Source: Eledone cirrhosa
Taxonomy: Eukaryota
DNA: 64,000 nt
Assembly (NCBI GenBank): GCA_964016885.1
Contig: OZ024748.1
Location: forward strand, 3,596,001 to 3,660,000
Direction of reading: 5' to 3'
Shown here: positions 13,072 to 27,158 of the stretch, one piece after another
Layout of the letters: each line of letters opens with the position of its first letter
Position numbering within the stretch: the stretch's first letter is position 1
Position numbers and translations under genes: made by a program
Notes under the pieces: model-generated
What the model was told of the DNA's origin: nothing
What the model saw: only the letters and a program-made list of their open reading frames with translations
The model's database searches: none

Positions 13072-15780
13072 GTAGCAGGAATGGTGGATAGATAGAGAGA
13101 GTGGCAGGAATGGTAGAGAGAGAGTGGCAGGAATGGTAGAGAGAGAGTGGTAGGAATGGTAGAGAGAGAGTGGTAGGAATGGTAGAGAGAGAGTGGTAGG
13201 AATGGTAGAGAGAGAGTGGTAGGAATGGTAGAGAGAGAGTGGTAGGAATGGTAGAGAGAGAGTGGTAGGAATGGTAGAGAGAGAGTGGCAGGAATGGTAG
13301 AGAGAGAGTGGTAGGAATGGTAGAGAGAGAGTGGTAGGAATGGTAGAGAGAGAGTGGTAGGAATGGTAGAGAGAGAGTGGTAGGAATGGTAGAGAGAGAG
13401 TGGTAGGAATGGTAGAGAGAGAGAGTGGCAGGAATGGTAGAGAGAGAGTGGTAGGAATGGTAGAGAGAGAGTGGCAGGAATGGTAGAGAGAGAGTGGCAG
13501 GAATGGTAGAGAGAGAGTGGCAGGAATGGTAGAGAGAGAGAGAGAGAGTGGCAGGAATGGTAGAGAGAGAGTGGCAGGAATGGTAGAGAGAGAGAGTGGC
13601 AGGAATGGTAGAGAGAGAGTGGCAGGAATGGTAGAGAGAGAGTGGCAGGAATGGTAGAGAGAGAGAGTGGCAGGAATGGTAGAGAGAGAGTGGCAGGAAT
13701 GGTAGAGAGAGAGAGTGGCAGGAATGGTAGAGAGAGAGTGGCAGGAATGGTAGAGACAGAGTGGTAGGAATGGTAGAGAGAGAGTGGCAGGAATGGTAGA
13801 GAGAGAGAGTGGCAGGAATGGTAGAGAGAGAGTGGCAGGAATGGTAGAGAGAGAGAGTGGCAGGAATGGTAGAGAGAGAGTGGCAGGAATGGTAGAGAGA
13901 GAGTGGTAGGAATTATAGAGAGAGAGTGGTAGGAATGGTAGAGAGAGAGTGGTAGGAATTATAGAGAGAGAGTGGCAGGAATGGTAGAGAGAGAGTGGCA
14001 GGAATGGTAGAGAGAGAGAGAGAGAGTGGCAGGAATGGTAGAGAGAGAGTGGCAAGAATTATAGAGAGAGAGTGGCAGGAATGGTAGAGAGAGAGTGGCA
14101 GGAATGGTAGAGAGAGAGTGGTAGGAATGGTAGAGAGAGAGTGGTAGGAATGGTAGAGAGAGAGAGTGGCAGGAATGGTAGAGAGAGAGTGGCAGGAATG
14201 GTAGAGAGAGAGTGGTAGGAATTATAGAGAGAGAGTGGTAGGAATGGTAGAGAGAGAGTGGTAGGAATTATAGAGAGAGAGTGGCAGGAATGGTAGAGAG
14301 AGAGTGGCAGGAATGGTAGAGAGAGAGTGGCAGGAATGGTAGAGAGAGAGAGAGAGAGTGGCAGGAATGGTAGAGAGAGAGTGGCAAGAATTATAGAGAG
14401 AGAGTGGCAGGAATGGTAGAGAGAGAGTGGCAGGAATGGTAGAGAGAGAGAGAGAGTGGCAGGAATGGTAGAGAGAGAGTGGCAGGAATGGTAGAGAGAG
14501 AGTGGCAGGAATGGTAGAGAGAGAGTGGCAGGAATGGTAGAGAGAGAGAGAGTGGCAGGAATGGTAGAGAGAGAGTGGCAGGAATGGTAGAGAGAGAGTG
14601 GTAGGAATGGTAGAGAGAGAGAGAGTGGCAGGAATGGTAGAGAGAGAGAGAGAGAGAGTGGCAGGAATGGTAGAGAGAGAGAGTGGTAGGAATGGTAGAG
14701 AGAGAGAGAGAGAGTGGCAGGAATGGTAGAGAGAGAGAGAGTGGTAGGAATGGTAGAGAGAGAGAGAGTGGCAGGAATGGTAGAGAGAGAGAGAGAGAGA
14801 GTGGCAGGAATGGTAGAGAGAGAGAGTGGTAGGAATGGTAGAGAGAGAGAGAGAGTGGCAGGAATGGTAGAGAGAGAGAGAGTGGTAGGAATGGTAGAGA
14901 GAGAGAGAGTGGCAGGAATGGTAGAGAGAGAGAGAGAGAGAGTGGCAGGAATGGTAGAGAGAGAGAGTGGTAGGAATGGTAGAGAGAGAGAGAGAGTGGC
15001 AGGAATGGTAGAGAGAGAGAGAGTGGTAGGAATGGTAGAGAGAGAGAGAGTGGCAGGAATGGTAGAGAGAGAGAGAGAGAGTGGCAGGAATGGTAGAGAG
15101 AGAGAGTGGTAGGAATGGTAGAGAGAGAGAGAGAGTGGCAGGAATGGTAGAGAGAGAGAGTGGTAGGAATGGTAGAGAGAGAGAGTGGTAGGAATGGTAG
15201 AGAGAGAGAGAGTGGCAGGAATGGTAGAGAGAGAGAGAGTGGCAGGAATGGTAGAGAGAGAGAGTGGTAGGAATGGTAGAGAGAGAGAGAGAGTGGCAGG
15301 AATGGTAGAGAGAGAGAGTGGTAGGAATGGTAGAGAGAGAGAGAGAGTGGCAGGAATGGTAGAGAGAGAGAGTGGTAGGAATGGTAGTGAGAGAGTGGTA
15401 GGAATGGTAGAGAGAGAGAGAGTGGTAGGAATGGTAGAGAGAGAGAGAGTGGCAGGAATGGTAGAGAGAGAGAGAGTGGTAGGAATGGTAGAGAGAGAGA
15501 GAGTGGCAGGAATGGTAGAGAGAGAGAGAGAGAGAGTGGCAGGAATGGTAGAGAGAGAGAGTGGTAGGAATGGTAGAGAGAGAGAGAGAGTGGCAGGAAT
15601 GGTAGAGAGAGAGAGTGGTAGGAATGGTAGAGAGAGAGTGGTAGGAATGGTAGAGAGAGAGAGTGGCAGGAATGGTAGAGAGAGAGTGGCAGGAATGGTA
15701 GAGAGAGAGAGAGTGGCAGGAATGGTAGAGAGAGAGTGGTAGGAATGGTAGAGAGAGAGTGGTAGGAATGGTAGAGAGAG
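13072..15780. repeat. Purine-rich compound minisatellite (GA)n-GTGG(C/T)AGGAATGGTA, unit 22-32 bp, >100 copies
   Basis: Constant core with a variable GA-run length; the GA runs are longer in the right half. Confidence 0.98.
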
Positions 15781-16101
15781 ACCACATATACTACATCATT
15801 GACATTTCAGAGTTTATATTTTTTCTCAGTTTCTCCAGTTCTTCGTTAACCATTTAACATTTAAACCGGCCATATCCGGCCAGAATTCTCTCACCTCATT
15901 CTGTTCAAAAAGGCTGTAACTGGCTACTCATACTTATGTTAAGGTATTGTTCTCAAAAACTGATGATGATGATGATGATACATATAAAAATATTTTATTT
16001 TTAATCAAAAGATTGTTAATCATTTAAACACTACAAGTGTCTCTTAAAATATGTATACTCAGAAGAAATACATATAAAATAAGTAATTAAGAACTCCACA
16101 G

Positions 16102-16132
<31 letters not shown>

Positions 16133-16136
16133 ATGC

Positions 16137-16170
<34 letters not shown>

Positions 16171-17091
16171 ATATGTGATATTTAATATTTCAACTGAAAA
16201 TGTTGATATTTGTGTTGGATTTCAAAGAAAAATTTCAGGTGAAATATAAATAAGATATCTGCTACAAAATATTTTGTGTAAGATAGAAAATTAAATAAGA
16301 AAAAGCATTTTTCTTTTCTTTTTTTCTTAAAGAAAAGAACTATAATAAATGTGTTTAAAAGAAGCAGTGTATAACATTTGATAGATATATAGCAGCCATC
16401 TTAGATTTTTGCAATCCAGAGAGAAAAGATGTTTTAAATTATTATTTTTATTTTTTCCTTCTTTCTTTACAATCTCCTTTTAACTGATTTAATTATAAAG
16501 CAACCTGACTTCACTATATTATTCTTAAAGCAATGAATGAACCAGAGGACAAGTAAAGTCTTTGGAAGATTCAATTTCAGATTCTCTGCAGAACAATTTT
16601 GATATTATGAATGGAGCCACATCAATGCTATATGGTGTGATGAACATGAAGAAATTCACATGATAACGGCATTTTATTATGTTCAAAAGAATTGAAGTTT
16701 GCCAAAAATTTCTAATTTAGATTACAGACTGCGTAACTTTTATGAGCTATACAGATATATTACCAATCAAAGTGGTCTAACTTTCAATGAAGGATTTTAA
16801 AATTATGTTTTTTAATATGGAAGCTACCTGACATAAAAGCAGTTTGGTTATAGAAAATATACATTATCGTACAACACACACATAAAATATACACAAAAAT
16901 ATAAACTTAAAAAAACAAACTGTTTGGAACTGTCAAAATATGGCAGTTTTATGCTTTTTGATTTATATTGGCAATTGCTTGTTGTTATTTCCTGTTACTA
17001 AAATGATAAATTAATGTGTTCGTATTTCCTATTTGTCTAGGAAGGTTCTTATGTTGATCTTTCTTTGTTTGATATCTGTCGTCATCATAGA

Positions 17092-17573
17092 ACACACCAC
17101 CACATCGTACCACACCATATACACTACACCACACCACCACATACACTACACCACACCATATACTACACAACACCACATATACTACACCACACCATACACT
17201 ACACAACACCACATACACTACACCATACACTACACAACACCACATATACTACACATACTACACCATATACACTGTATTACAGAACACCACACCATATATA
17301 CTGTATTACACAATACCACACCATATCACATCACATACACTACACCACACCACATACACTACACCACATACACTGTATTACACACCACACCACACCATAT
17401 TACACAACAAATACATACATTAAACCATACACATACATATACACATTAAACCATACACACACATATACACATGTTAAACCATACACACATACACACATTA
17501 AACCATACACACACATACACACATTAAACCATACACACATACACACATTAAACCATACACACACATACACACA
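17092..17573. repeat. Degenerate CAC/ACT-rich low-complexity repeat, followed by ACATTAAACCATACAC tandem units
   Basis: Seen directly. Confidence 0.85.
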
Positions 17574-17932
17574 TATTTCATCCTTATAATATCATTGAGA
17601 TATGCAAATGACAAATACAAGATTTCAAAAAACAACATTTTTTCCAGTGTTATATCAATTTTAACATTATTTATGCTTTTAATATTTATTATTTCAATAT
17701 TATTTAATATTATGTATTATTTATTATTTTAACATTATTTAATATTATTTATTTATTTTAATATTATTATTTTTCCTGTCTATCTGGAGATTTTTATTGA
17801 AATTTTGAAACAAACAAATAAATAAATGATGAATATACAATCCAAAAATAGAAGAGATAAGAAAAATGTATGGAAACAGATGAGGAGTATATATATACAT
17901 GTGTGTGTGTATAATATATATATGTCTGTGTG

Positions 17933-18008
<76 letters not shown>

Positions 18009-18523
18009 CAAGGGAATGCAAGTATAGAAAAAATCTTAAAATAAATTTTTTAAAATTCCCTGTACTTACTGTATGTGCCCTTACCACAGTTTCAAATCCC
18101 AAACAAATAGATAATCCAAGCGGATTTCCATTGAAAAAGAGATTATCGTCAGAAGGCATTTCTCTCTCGGAGAATATAAAATTCCCAAGTTAAAAATTAC
18201 AAACTGCCTCAGAACGAGAGCAAATGAATGATAAAGCAGTTTTGTCATGGTACCGTATATATATATATATATATATATATGTAGGAGGTGAGTTTTATTG
18301 TAGCACAATAAAGCAATGCAAATATCGGATAAGTAGCACTCAACAGTTTATAGGACTGGAGTATAAATAATATAAGATCAAAAGATTTTAAGCTTCATAT
18401 CATGTCTCCCTATTTTATCTGATGAGAACGCAAATATCATCCCATGATGATATTTGTTTTTGAAATTTGTTTTTTTATTTGTCCAATAAAATACATGGAA
18501 CTCTTTTAACCATCTTTTGATCT

Positions 18524-18574
<51 letters not shown>

Positions 18575-19504
18575 TATATATATATTTATTTACATGTATA
18601 TATATATAAGCATATAAAGTATATGGAACAAAGAGGAAATTTATAATGTTTGTAAAAGTCAATGGCAGAGAAAACACGTTTGAAATATTTCCATAAATCC
18701 TGTCACAGAAAACAAACAAACTTAGAAGCTGAAGGAAATACAATAGTATAGCTAGAGGGGAGAAGGGGGGGGATGGTTTGCCCCAGGGTGGTAGGTTAGA
18801 CTCAAGAGAGAGGAGAGAGAACTCTTACTCAGTGGATCTTCAGGAGGAAGGTAGGGAAATGACCCCTAGACATTGGGGTTGGTGGTAAATATATGAAGAT
18901 TAATGATCTTGGGCCAAATATGGTCTGCCATTTAGGAAGGAATGGTAGATAACAACCTTCTTTTAGTAAGAAGAAGTACATAGCAACCATCTTTTACCAA
19001 GGAAAGGGACCTATAGCAAGGAAGGGTACCTAACAACCCCCTTTTAGTAAAGAAAGGTACCGAGAAACCATCTTTTAGCAAGCAAAGGTATCTAACAACC
19101 ACCCAGCCTAGGGTTACAGCTGAAGCCATGGGATCTAGTATGATGGGTTAAACCTGTACAGAGGAATCTGTAAGCTCAATGGCCTGGATGACCAAGTTAC
19201 CCAAGTAAATTACTGCTATAGAACTGTACATTCTACCGATTCTTATTCTACCACCCCACAGTCCTGGTTTTTGCCATTAATACAAATGAAAGGCAACAGC
19301 AGACAATGGATGTGGAATAATTCTACCATTTTACCAGACATATTTTAATTCTCTTCGCCATCAGCCAGACATTTGCAATTGCTGATCAAAGAACAAGATG
19401 GCCGTTAATGTGAAGAATTAGAAAGAAGAGTGTCACAGAGTTTTTGTGAAGTTGTTTCTTAGAGGAGGCAGTGGGGAGAGGTAATAAGTATAGTAGAGTA
19501 CATC

Positions 19505-19848
19505 TGGGTGTTGGTGGGGTGGGGTTGATGGGGGGGTGAAGGTGATAGTGTGGATGATGGTGGGAGTGTGGGTGGTGCTGGTGGTGGTAGTGGCAGTGGT
19601 TCTGGTGGTGTGGGTAGTGGTAGGATTGTGGGTGGTGGTGGTGACGGTGGATGACGGTGGGGAAGGTAAGAGTATGGATGGTGATGGTGGTAGTGATGGT
19701 GGTGGTGGTTGATGGTGGTGGTGGTGATAGTAGTGATGGTGATGGTGGTGGTGATGGTGGTAGTGATGGTGGTGGTGGTGGTGATAGTGGTGGTGGTAGT
19801 GATGGTGGTAGTGGTGATGGTGATGATGGTGGTGATGGTGGTAGTGGA
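19505..19848. repeat. (GGT/GAT)n degenerate trinucleotide repeat
   Basis: Seen directly. Confidence 0.9.
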
Positions 19849-20127
19849 GGAGAGCAGGGTGGGGAGTGTAACTTATCTGCTGAATTCTTGCAAATTCATG
19901 TTGTTTCCAAAAGCAGTTCTAAATAGAGAATAGAGTGCCATTCTCTGATAAATTACTATTGTGAAGTGCCAATCAATAAATTAGTATTGTCTTCAACTCT
20001 GTGTGTGTGTATGTATATATATATGTGTGTATATGTGTGTGTGTATGTTTGTGTGTGTCTGCGTGTGTGTGTGTGCATGTATATATATGTGTGTGTGTGT
20101 ATGCATATATATATGAGTGTGTGCATG

Positions 20128-20177
<50 letters not shown>

Positions 20178-20454
20178 TACACGGACATACTCATATATAT
20201 ATATATACATACACATATATATATGTATATGTGTGTGTAAATATATACATATATGTGTGAGAGTGCGTGTGTGTGCTTTATCATGACACTTTAAACCTGG
20301 CAGAGCCTAACTCTTTTCCAAGTCTGAACACAATTCATTTTATCCAGAGGAAAGGAGGGGGGGGGGTGAACCCAGTACAGCACTGGTACATTTTTATCAA
20401 CTTCGAAAGGATGAAAGGCAAAGTTGACATCAACAGGTTTTGAACTCAAGAGAG

Positions 20455-20912
20455 CAACAACAGCAACAACAATAACAACACAACAACAACAACAACAAAC
20501 ATATCAACACAAACCACAAACACAACAACAACATCAAACATATGACCAACAATAACACACAGCAACACCATCAAATATATCAACAACAATAATAAACAGA
20601 ACACAACCACAAACACAGCAAAAATAACAATAAACATATTGATAACAATAATAAACACAGCAACAACAACAACAAACATATCAACAACCTCAAACACAGC
20701 AACAACAACCACAAACACAACAATATCAAACATAACAACAATATCAAACACAACAACAACAAATACAGCAACAACAACAAACATATCAACAACAACAACC
20801 ACAAACACAACACAACAACAACAACCACAACAACCACAAACACAACAACCACAAATACAGCAACACCAACAGCAAACATATCAACAACAACAACACAACA
20901 TAATAACCAACA
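20455..20912. repeat. (CAA)-rich degenerate repeat
   Basis: Seen directly. Confidence 0.9.
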
Positions 20913-21481
20913 ATGTTTATCCAATATCAATGCCATTCTACACAAATTTATTCACAACATCACATTCCTTCTTTTAGAATTAGAAAAATAACAAAACATT
21001 TTTATTCCTCTCACATTTTCTTCTAAAAACCTTCTTTTAATTAATTCATTTTGTTTTTATTTACTAGAGTTATCTTTTCTTAGAAAACTCCTTGATGCTC
21101 TTCATAAAAGGAGGTAATCTTTCTTTAACTTAATTTCTTTTGATTCAGAATTCTGTTGTTGTTAGTTTGACTTAATGGAGGGGGGGGGGGGACAGAGAGA
21201 GAGAGCAAGATATATATAAGAGAGAGAGAGAGAGAGAGAAACATGTATATAGATGCACACACAAATATATATACATATATACACAGACATATATATATAT
21301 ATACACATACATATACATATATGTGTGTGCGATATATATATGTATATATGTGTGTGTCTGTGTGAGTCTATTTATGTGGTTGGCAAATCACTGACGGGGG
21401 ACTAATTTTATAATATGTAACCCATGTGCAACCACGCAGTATTCCTCTTTCTTCTCATGTTTTTTATATATATATATATAT

Positions 21482-21525
<44 letters not shown>

Positions 21526-22017
21526 GGATATAGAGAAAGAAAGTTAAAAAGCTGATAGAGACTGTAACAATAATCATAGTAACAACAATAATAGCAACAA
21601 CAATAAAATTACACTAACAACAACAACAATAAACCCACAACAGCAAGACCAACAAGAGTAAAAACAAGAACAACAAGTCACAACAACAATAACAGACACA
21701 CAAAAATGACAATAGTTTGAATAACCTCATTAACTCTTAACGAGCTGAACTGCACAAAAACGCATTAGCAAGCCATGAAAAGTACAAAGCCATACTATAA
21801 CTACATCACATTACAAATTATAGTCTTTACTCTAATATTGCTAATTTTCACAACAATCTGTCCACTACTAAAGATACTACAAACACTTGAATTAACAAAG
21901 CTGTCGTTAGATATTTTCAGTTAAATATTACAGGATGTTAAGATTTAATTAAGAACCTTGTGTGTGTCAAGTTTAGGAATGGAATGTGACTACATCACAT
22001 TAAAATGACAGTTGATT

Positions 22018-22148
22018 TTCCAGATGATTTCTTTTGAATGAAACAGTTCTAGTCCTGTAGAAGCTATTTCTATATTAAACATGTTTACACTCTACTAATG
22101 TATTGAGTACTTTACTTGCTGTGGTGACCCCCGATTGAACCCGGGACT
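22018..22148 (+). mobile_element. Family A copy 3
   Basis: CAGATGATTTCTTTTGAATGAAACAGTTCTAGTCCTGTAGAAG...GTGGTGACCCCCGATTGAACCCGGG; the reverse-complement homolog of 4542-4665, ending at a CA/TA microsatellite. Confidence 0.55.
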
Positions 22149-22153
22149 CACTC

Positions 22154-22204
<51 letters not shown>

Positions 22205-22304
22205 TACATATACACTCTTATACAAACACAGTATACACACACAGCCGAGAAACTAAGTCAGAAACGTAGAACAAATTAGAAAATAATTAAATTTAATGAA
22301 TTTA

Positions 22305-23650
22305 GCAACAACAAACAACAACAACATACAGTAAACATTAGTAACAACATCAACAACATACAGTAAACAATAGTAACAACATCAACAACATACAGTAAAC
22401 AATAGTAACAACATCAACAACATGCAGTAAACATTAGTAACAACAACAACAACATACAGTAAACATTAGTAACAACATCAACAACATACAGTAAACATTA
22501 GTAACAACAACAACAACATACAGTAAACATTAGTAACAACATCAACAACATACAGTAAACAATAGTAACAACATCAACAACATACAGTAAACATTAGTAA
22601 CAGCATCAACAACATACAGTAAACATTAGTAACAACAACAACAACATACAGTAAACATTAGTAACAATATCAACAACATAAGTAAACATTAGTAACAACA
22701 TCAACAACATACAGTAAACAATAGTAACAACATACAGTAAACAATAGTAACAACATACAGTAAACATTAGTAACAACATCAACAACATAAGTAAACATTA
22801 GTAACAACATCAACAACATACAGTAAACAATAGTAACAACATACAGTAAACATTAGTAACAACATCAACAACATAAGTAAACATTAGTAACAACATCAAC
22901 AACATACAGTAAACAATAGTAACAACATACAGTAAACATTAGTAACAACATCAACAACATACAGTAAACATTAGTAACAACATACAGTAAACAATAGTAA
23001 CAACAACAACAACATACAGTAAACATTAGTAACAACATCAACAACATACAGTAAACAATAGTAACAACATCAACAACATGCAGTAAACATTAGTAACAAC
23101 AACAACAACATACAGTAAACATTAGTAACAACATCAACAACATACAGTAAACATTAGTAACAACATCAACAACATACAGTAAACATTAGTAACAGCATCA
23201 ACAACATACAGTAAACATTAGTAACAACAAAAACAACATACAGTAAACATTAGTAACAACATCAACAACATACAGTAAACAATAGTAACAACATCAACAA
23301 CATACAGTAAACATTAGTAACAGCATCAACAACATACAGTAAACAATAGTAACAACATACAGTAAACAATAGTAACAACAACAACAACATACAGTAAACA
23401 TTAGTAACAACATACAGTAAACATTAGTAACAACATCAACAACATACAGTAAACAATAGTAACAATATACAGTAAACATTAGTAACAACATCAACAACAT
23501 ACAGTAAACAATAGTAACAACATACAGTAAACAATAGTAACAACATCAACAACATACAGTAAACATTAGTAACAACATCAACAACATACAGTAAACATTA
23601 GTAACAACAACAACAACATACAGTAAACAATAGTAACAACAACAATAACA
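22305..23650. repeat. ~23/32-bp minisatellite ACATACAGTAAACA(T/A)TAGTAACA[ACATCAACA], ~45 copies
   Basis: Seen directly; long and short unit variants are interleaved. Confidence 0.96.
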
Positions 23651-25132
23651 ACTGCAACAACAATAACTACAACAATAACAATAGCAATAACTACAATACC
23701 AACAACAATATCAACTTATACAACAACAAAGTAAACACCATGTAAACGACAACAACAACAACACCAATTGAATTAAAAGTCACTAATCAGGTGAAAGTAG
23801 AATGTTGTTGCCATGGAGATGAAGTGGGGGGGGGGGGTCATTTTATTTTATTTTATTTTATTCATTTTTTTGTTTCTGTTTGTTTTTCTTACCAAAATTT
23901 ATTTTGTCTTTGAATTTTTGTCTGTATCTTTTTTCTATTATCTACTTCTTGGGTATTTACTGTGGAGGGGTGAGAGATGGAGGGGTGGATGTGAAGGTGT
24001 GTGGTTTGGTGGTTTAGTGGTTAGAATGTTCTACTCACAATCATAAGGTAGGTATTTCAGGTCTAGATTTATCATTAAACACAATAAATACGTGTTTATG
24101 GCATCAAATTAACAAGGAGCACTATTTTATTCATATTTAATCCTTTACCATTTACATTACTCTACATTTACTAGTGTATTTTCACCGTAAAGGCTTTGCC
24201 TCTCATAATATCAAAGCTATGAGATTTTAATATTATTTAGAGAACAATACCTTAACATTGGTATGAGGAGTCAATTATAGCCGGTTTAAATGTTAAAAAG
24301 TTAACTAACACACACATATATATATATGAAATAAACAACTACATAAATACTTACATTCATGAATGTATACATACATGTGTGTATATATATATATATAATA
24401 ATTGTTTCTACTTTTGGCACAAGGCCAGCAATTACCCAGTACATTACTGGTACTTTATTTTATCGACCCCGTAAGGATGAAAGGCAAAGTTAATCTCGGC
24501 GGGATTTGAACTCAGTGTATATATATAATAATGAAAATTAGTGTGTACAGTGCTCAGGTGCACTACAACTTATCAAAGGTGCATGTATAATACATAGAAT
24601 AATGAACAAAAGTGAGGAAATATGGATGTATGAGGGTGAGATACTTTTGTAATAAAAGAAGAAGACACTATGTCTCATCTATTTCTACAAACATTCAAAC
24701 ACAAGAGGTGTGGAAAGTTTTAAATAATGGTAGAGAATATTTAGTAGGAGGAGATAGGAGAGTGTGGGAAAGGGAGGTAATTTATTTGTTTGAGTCAGAA
24801 ATCAAGGCAAAGAGAGAAAATGAATGTGTCACTGGCTTGTGTGTATTAATCAATGTCCTCTATTAACTATTGTCTAAATAAGTGGGAATCTCCTTCTATG
24901 TGTATATATGTCTGTACACACAAACTCACTCATACATATGTGTGTGTACATATATATATATATATATATATTCTTATGTGTGCATATCTATATATATATA
25001 TATGTGTATACATACATATATTTATAAGCATATATATGCATATATATATATATATATATGAATATATAAATATATATTCATTCATATATATATATATGCA
25101 TATATATTCATGTGTATATATATATATTCATG

Positions 25133-25173
<41 letters not shown>

Positions 25174-25499
25174 ATGTACATGAATATAATATAATACTTA
25201 AAGACATTGCTATCAATACTTGTGTGTTTGTCTTTCTGTATTGTTTATTTGTTTTTTCTTCTACACTTGTGAATGATATTGTTGTTGTTGTTGTTGGTTC
25301 TGTATCTTCGTTTTCTTCCTCCTCTTCTTTTTTCTTCTTCCTCATCTCCCCCTCCTTTTTTTCTTCTACTTAAAATAAATTTTGTTGAAAATAATATAAT
25401 GCCAATCTATATTCTTTTCAAATATATATTGACCGACTGTGATTGTGTGGGTATCTGTAAATATGTGGATGTTATAAGTATGTGTTTCTCCCTGTAGCT

Positions 25500-25800
25500 A
25501 TGTATGTGTATGTCTGCATGTGTGTGTATGTGTCAGCATGTTTGTGTAACTGTATGTAAGTGTGTGTAACTATCTGTGTGTATGTCTGCATGTGTGTGTG
25601 TGTATGTGTCAGCATGTTTGTGTAACTGTATGTAAGTGTGTGTAACTATCTGTGTGTATGTCTGCATGTGTGTGTGTGTATGTGTCAGCATGTTTGTGTA
25701 ACTGTATGTAAGTGTGTGTAACTATCTGTGTGTATGTCTGCATGTGTATGTGTCAGCATGTTTGTGTAACTGTATGTAAGTGTGTGTAACTATCTGTGTG
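25500..25800. repeat. ~76-bp TG-rich tandem repeat, ~4 copies
   Basis: GTGTCAGCATGTTTGTGTAACTGTATGTAAGTGTGTGTAACTATCTG recurs. Confidence 0.88.
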
Positions 25801-26017
25801 TCTATGTGTGTATGTCTGCTTGTGTGTCTATGTGTGTATTTGTGTGTCTATTTTTCAATGCGTGTATATATGCATGTGTGGGTAAATACGTGTATATGCC
25901 TATATGTGTGTGTATGTATAGGTATATATCTACATGTGTGTGAGTATATATCTACATGTGTGTGTGTATGTCTGCATCTGTGTGTGCTTATTTGACCTTA
26001 TTCATTCTTCTGTTATT

Positions 26018-26380
26018 GGTGGTGTGGTGGTGGTGGTGGTGGTGGTGGTGGTGGTGGTGATGGTGGTGGTTTAGTGGTGTTGTGGTTTGATGGTGGTGTG
26101 GTTTGGTGGTGGTGGCAGTGATGGCAGTGGTGGTGTGGTTTGGTGGTGGTGGTCATAGTGGTGGCAGTGATGGCAGTGGTGGTGTGGTTTGGTGGTGGTG
26201 GTCATAGTGGTGGCAGTGATGGCAGTGGTGGTGTGGTTTGGTGGTGGTGGTCATAGTGGTGGCAGTGATGGCAGTGGTGGTGTGGTTTGGTGGTGGTGGT
26301 CATAGTGGTGGCAGTGATGGCAGTGGTGGTCTGGTTTAGTGGTGGTGATGGTGGGGGTGGCAGCAGTGACGGTGGTGTTG
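26018..26380. repeat. (GGT)n and ~49-bp GGT-rich tandem repeat
   Basis: GGTCATAGTGGTGGCAGTGATGGCAGTGGTGGTGTGGTTT recurs about 4 times. Confidence 0.88.
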
Positions 26381-27017
26381 ATGATAGTTGTTGTTGTAGT
26401 CGTAGTTGTAGTAATTTATTTTATTGGCCATAATTTTATATAAGAACTTTTCTTTATGTTCCAGACATAATCGTTAACTTTTTCCTTACCAAACCACCAG
26501 AAACCATCCTGGTTCAATGATTTATTTCTAAGTATGTATATTTATCTAAAAAAAAAAAGTCCATCATAATATTTTGTAAGAACCTAAGAACCTTTGTTAA
26601 GTTATGTTCCAAACACCAGCTTAAATCTTTTGAAACCACTCCTGCTTCTATGATACAAAATTGTTTATGTCAAAGTATTTATATTTATCTAAAATCCTTC
26701 TGCCATAATATTTTGTAAAAACCTTTGTTAAGTTATGCTCCAAATATCAGCTTAACCCTTTTGAAATCTAATTTGTGGTTTGCAGTAAATGCAATAACTT
26801 TCTTTTCTCTCAGTTCAAATCCCAGAATGGTCAACTTTGCTTTTCAACCTTCCAGGGCCGATAAAATAAAATACCTGCTATGTACTGGGGGCTATTCTTT
26901 CTTTCTCGGAAATAAATTGTTCTCTCTCTCTCCCTCTCTATCGATCTATCTATCTATCTTTTTTCTCTGGAATAAATCCACATTAAATGGTAATGGTGAT
27001 GATGATGATAGTGATGG

Positions 27018-27048
<31 letters not shown>

Positions 27049-27158
27049 GTGTGTGTGTGTATGTGTATTTTTACCTCACTTAATCCAATTTGTGATATGT
27101 GACTTATTTTCCTTTCCTCATGTCCCTAAAGGTAAAAAAAAAATTCTTATTTTCGCAT

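Noticed and set aside
13057-15787. ORFs of 130-520 aa (SLSTIPAT/GMVERER repeats)
   Set aside because: Translations of the GA-rich minisatellite with constantly shifting frames.
19651-20977. Gly/Asp-rich and Thr/Gln-rich (mucin-like) ORFs
   Set aside because: Degenerate trinucleotide repeats without splice or domain support.
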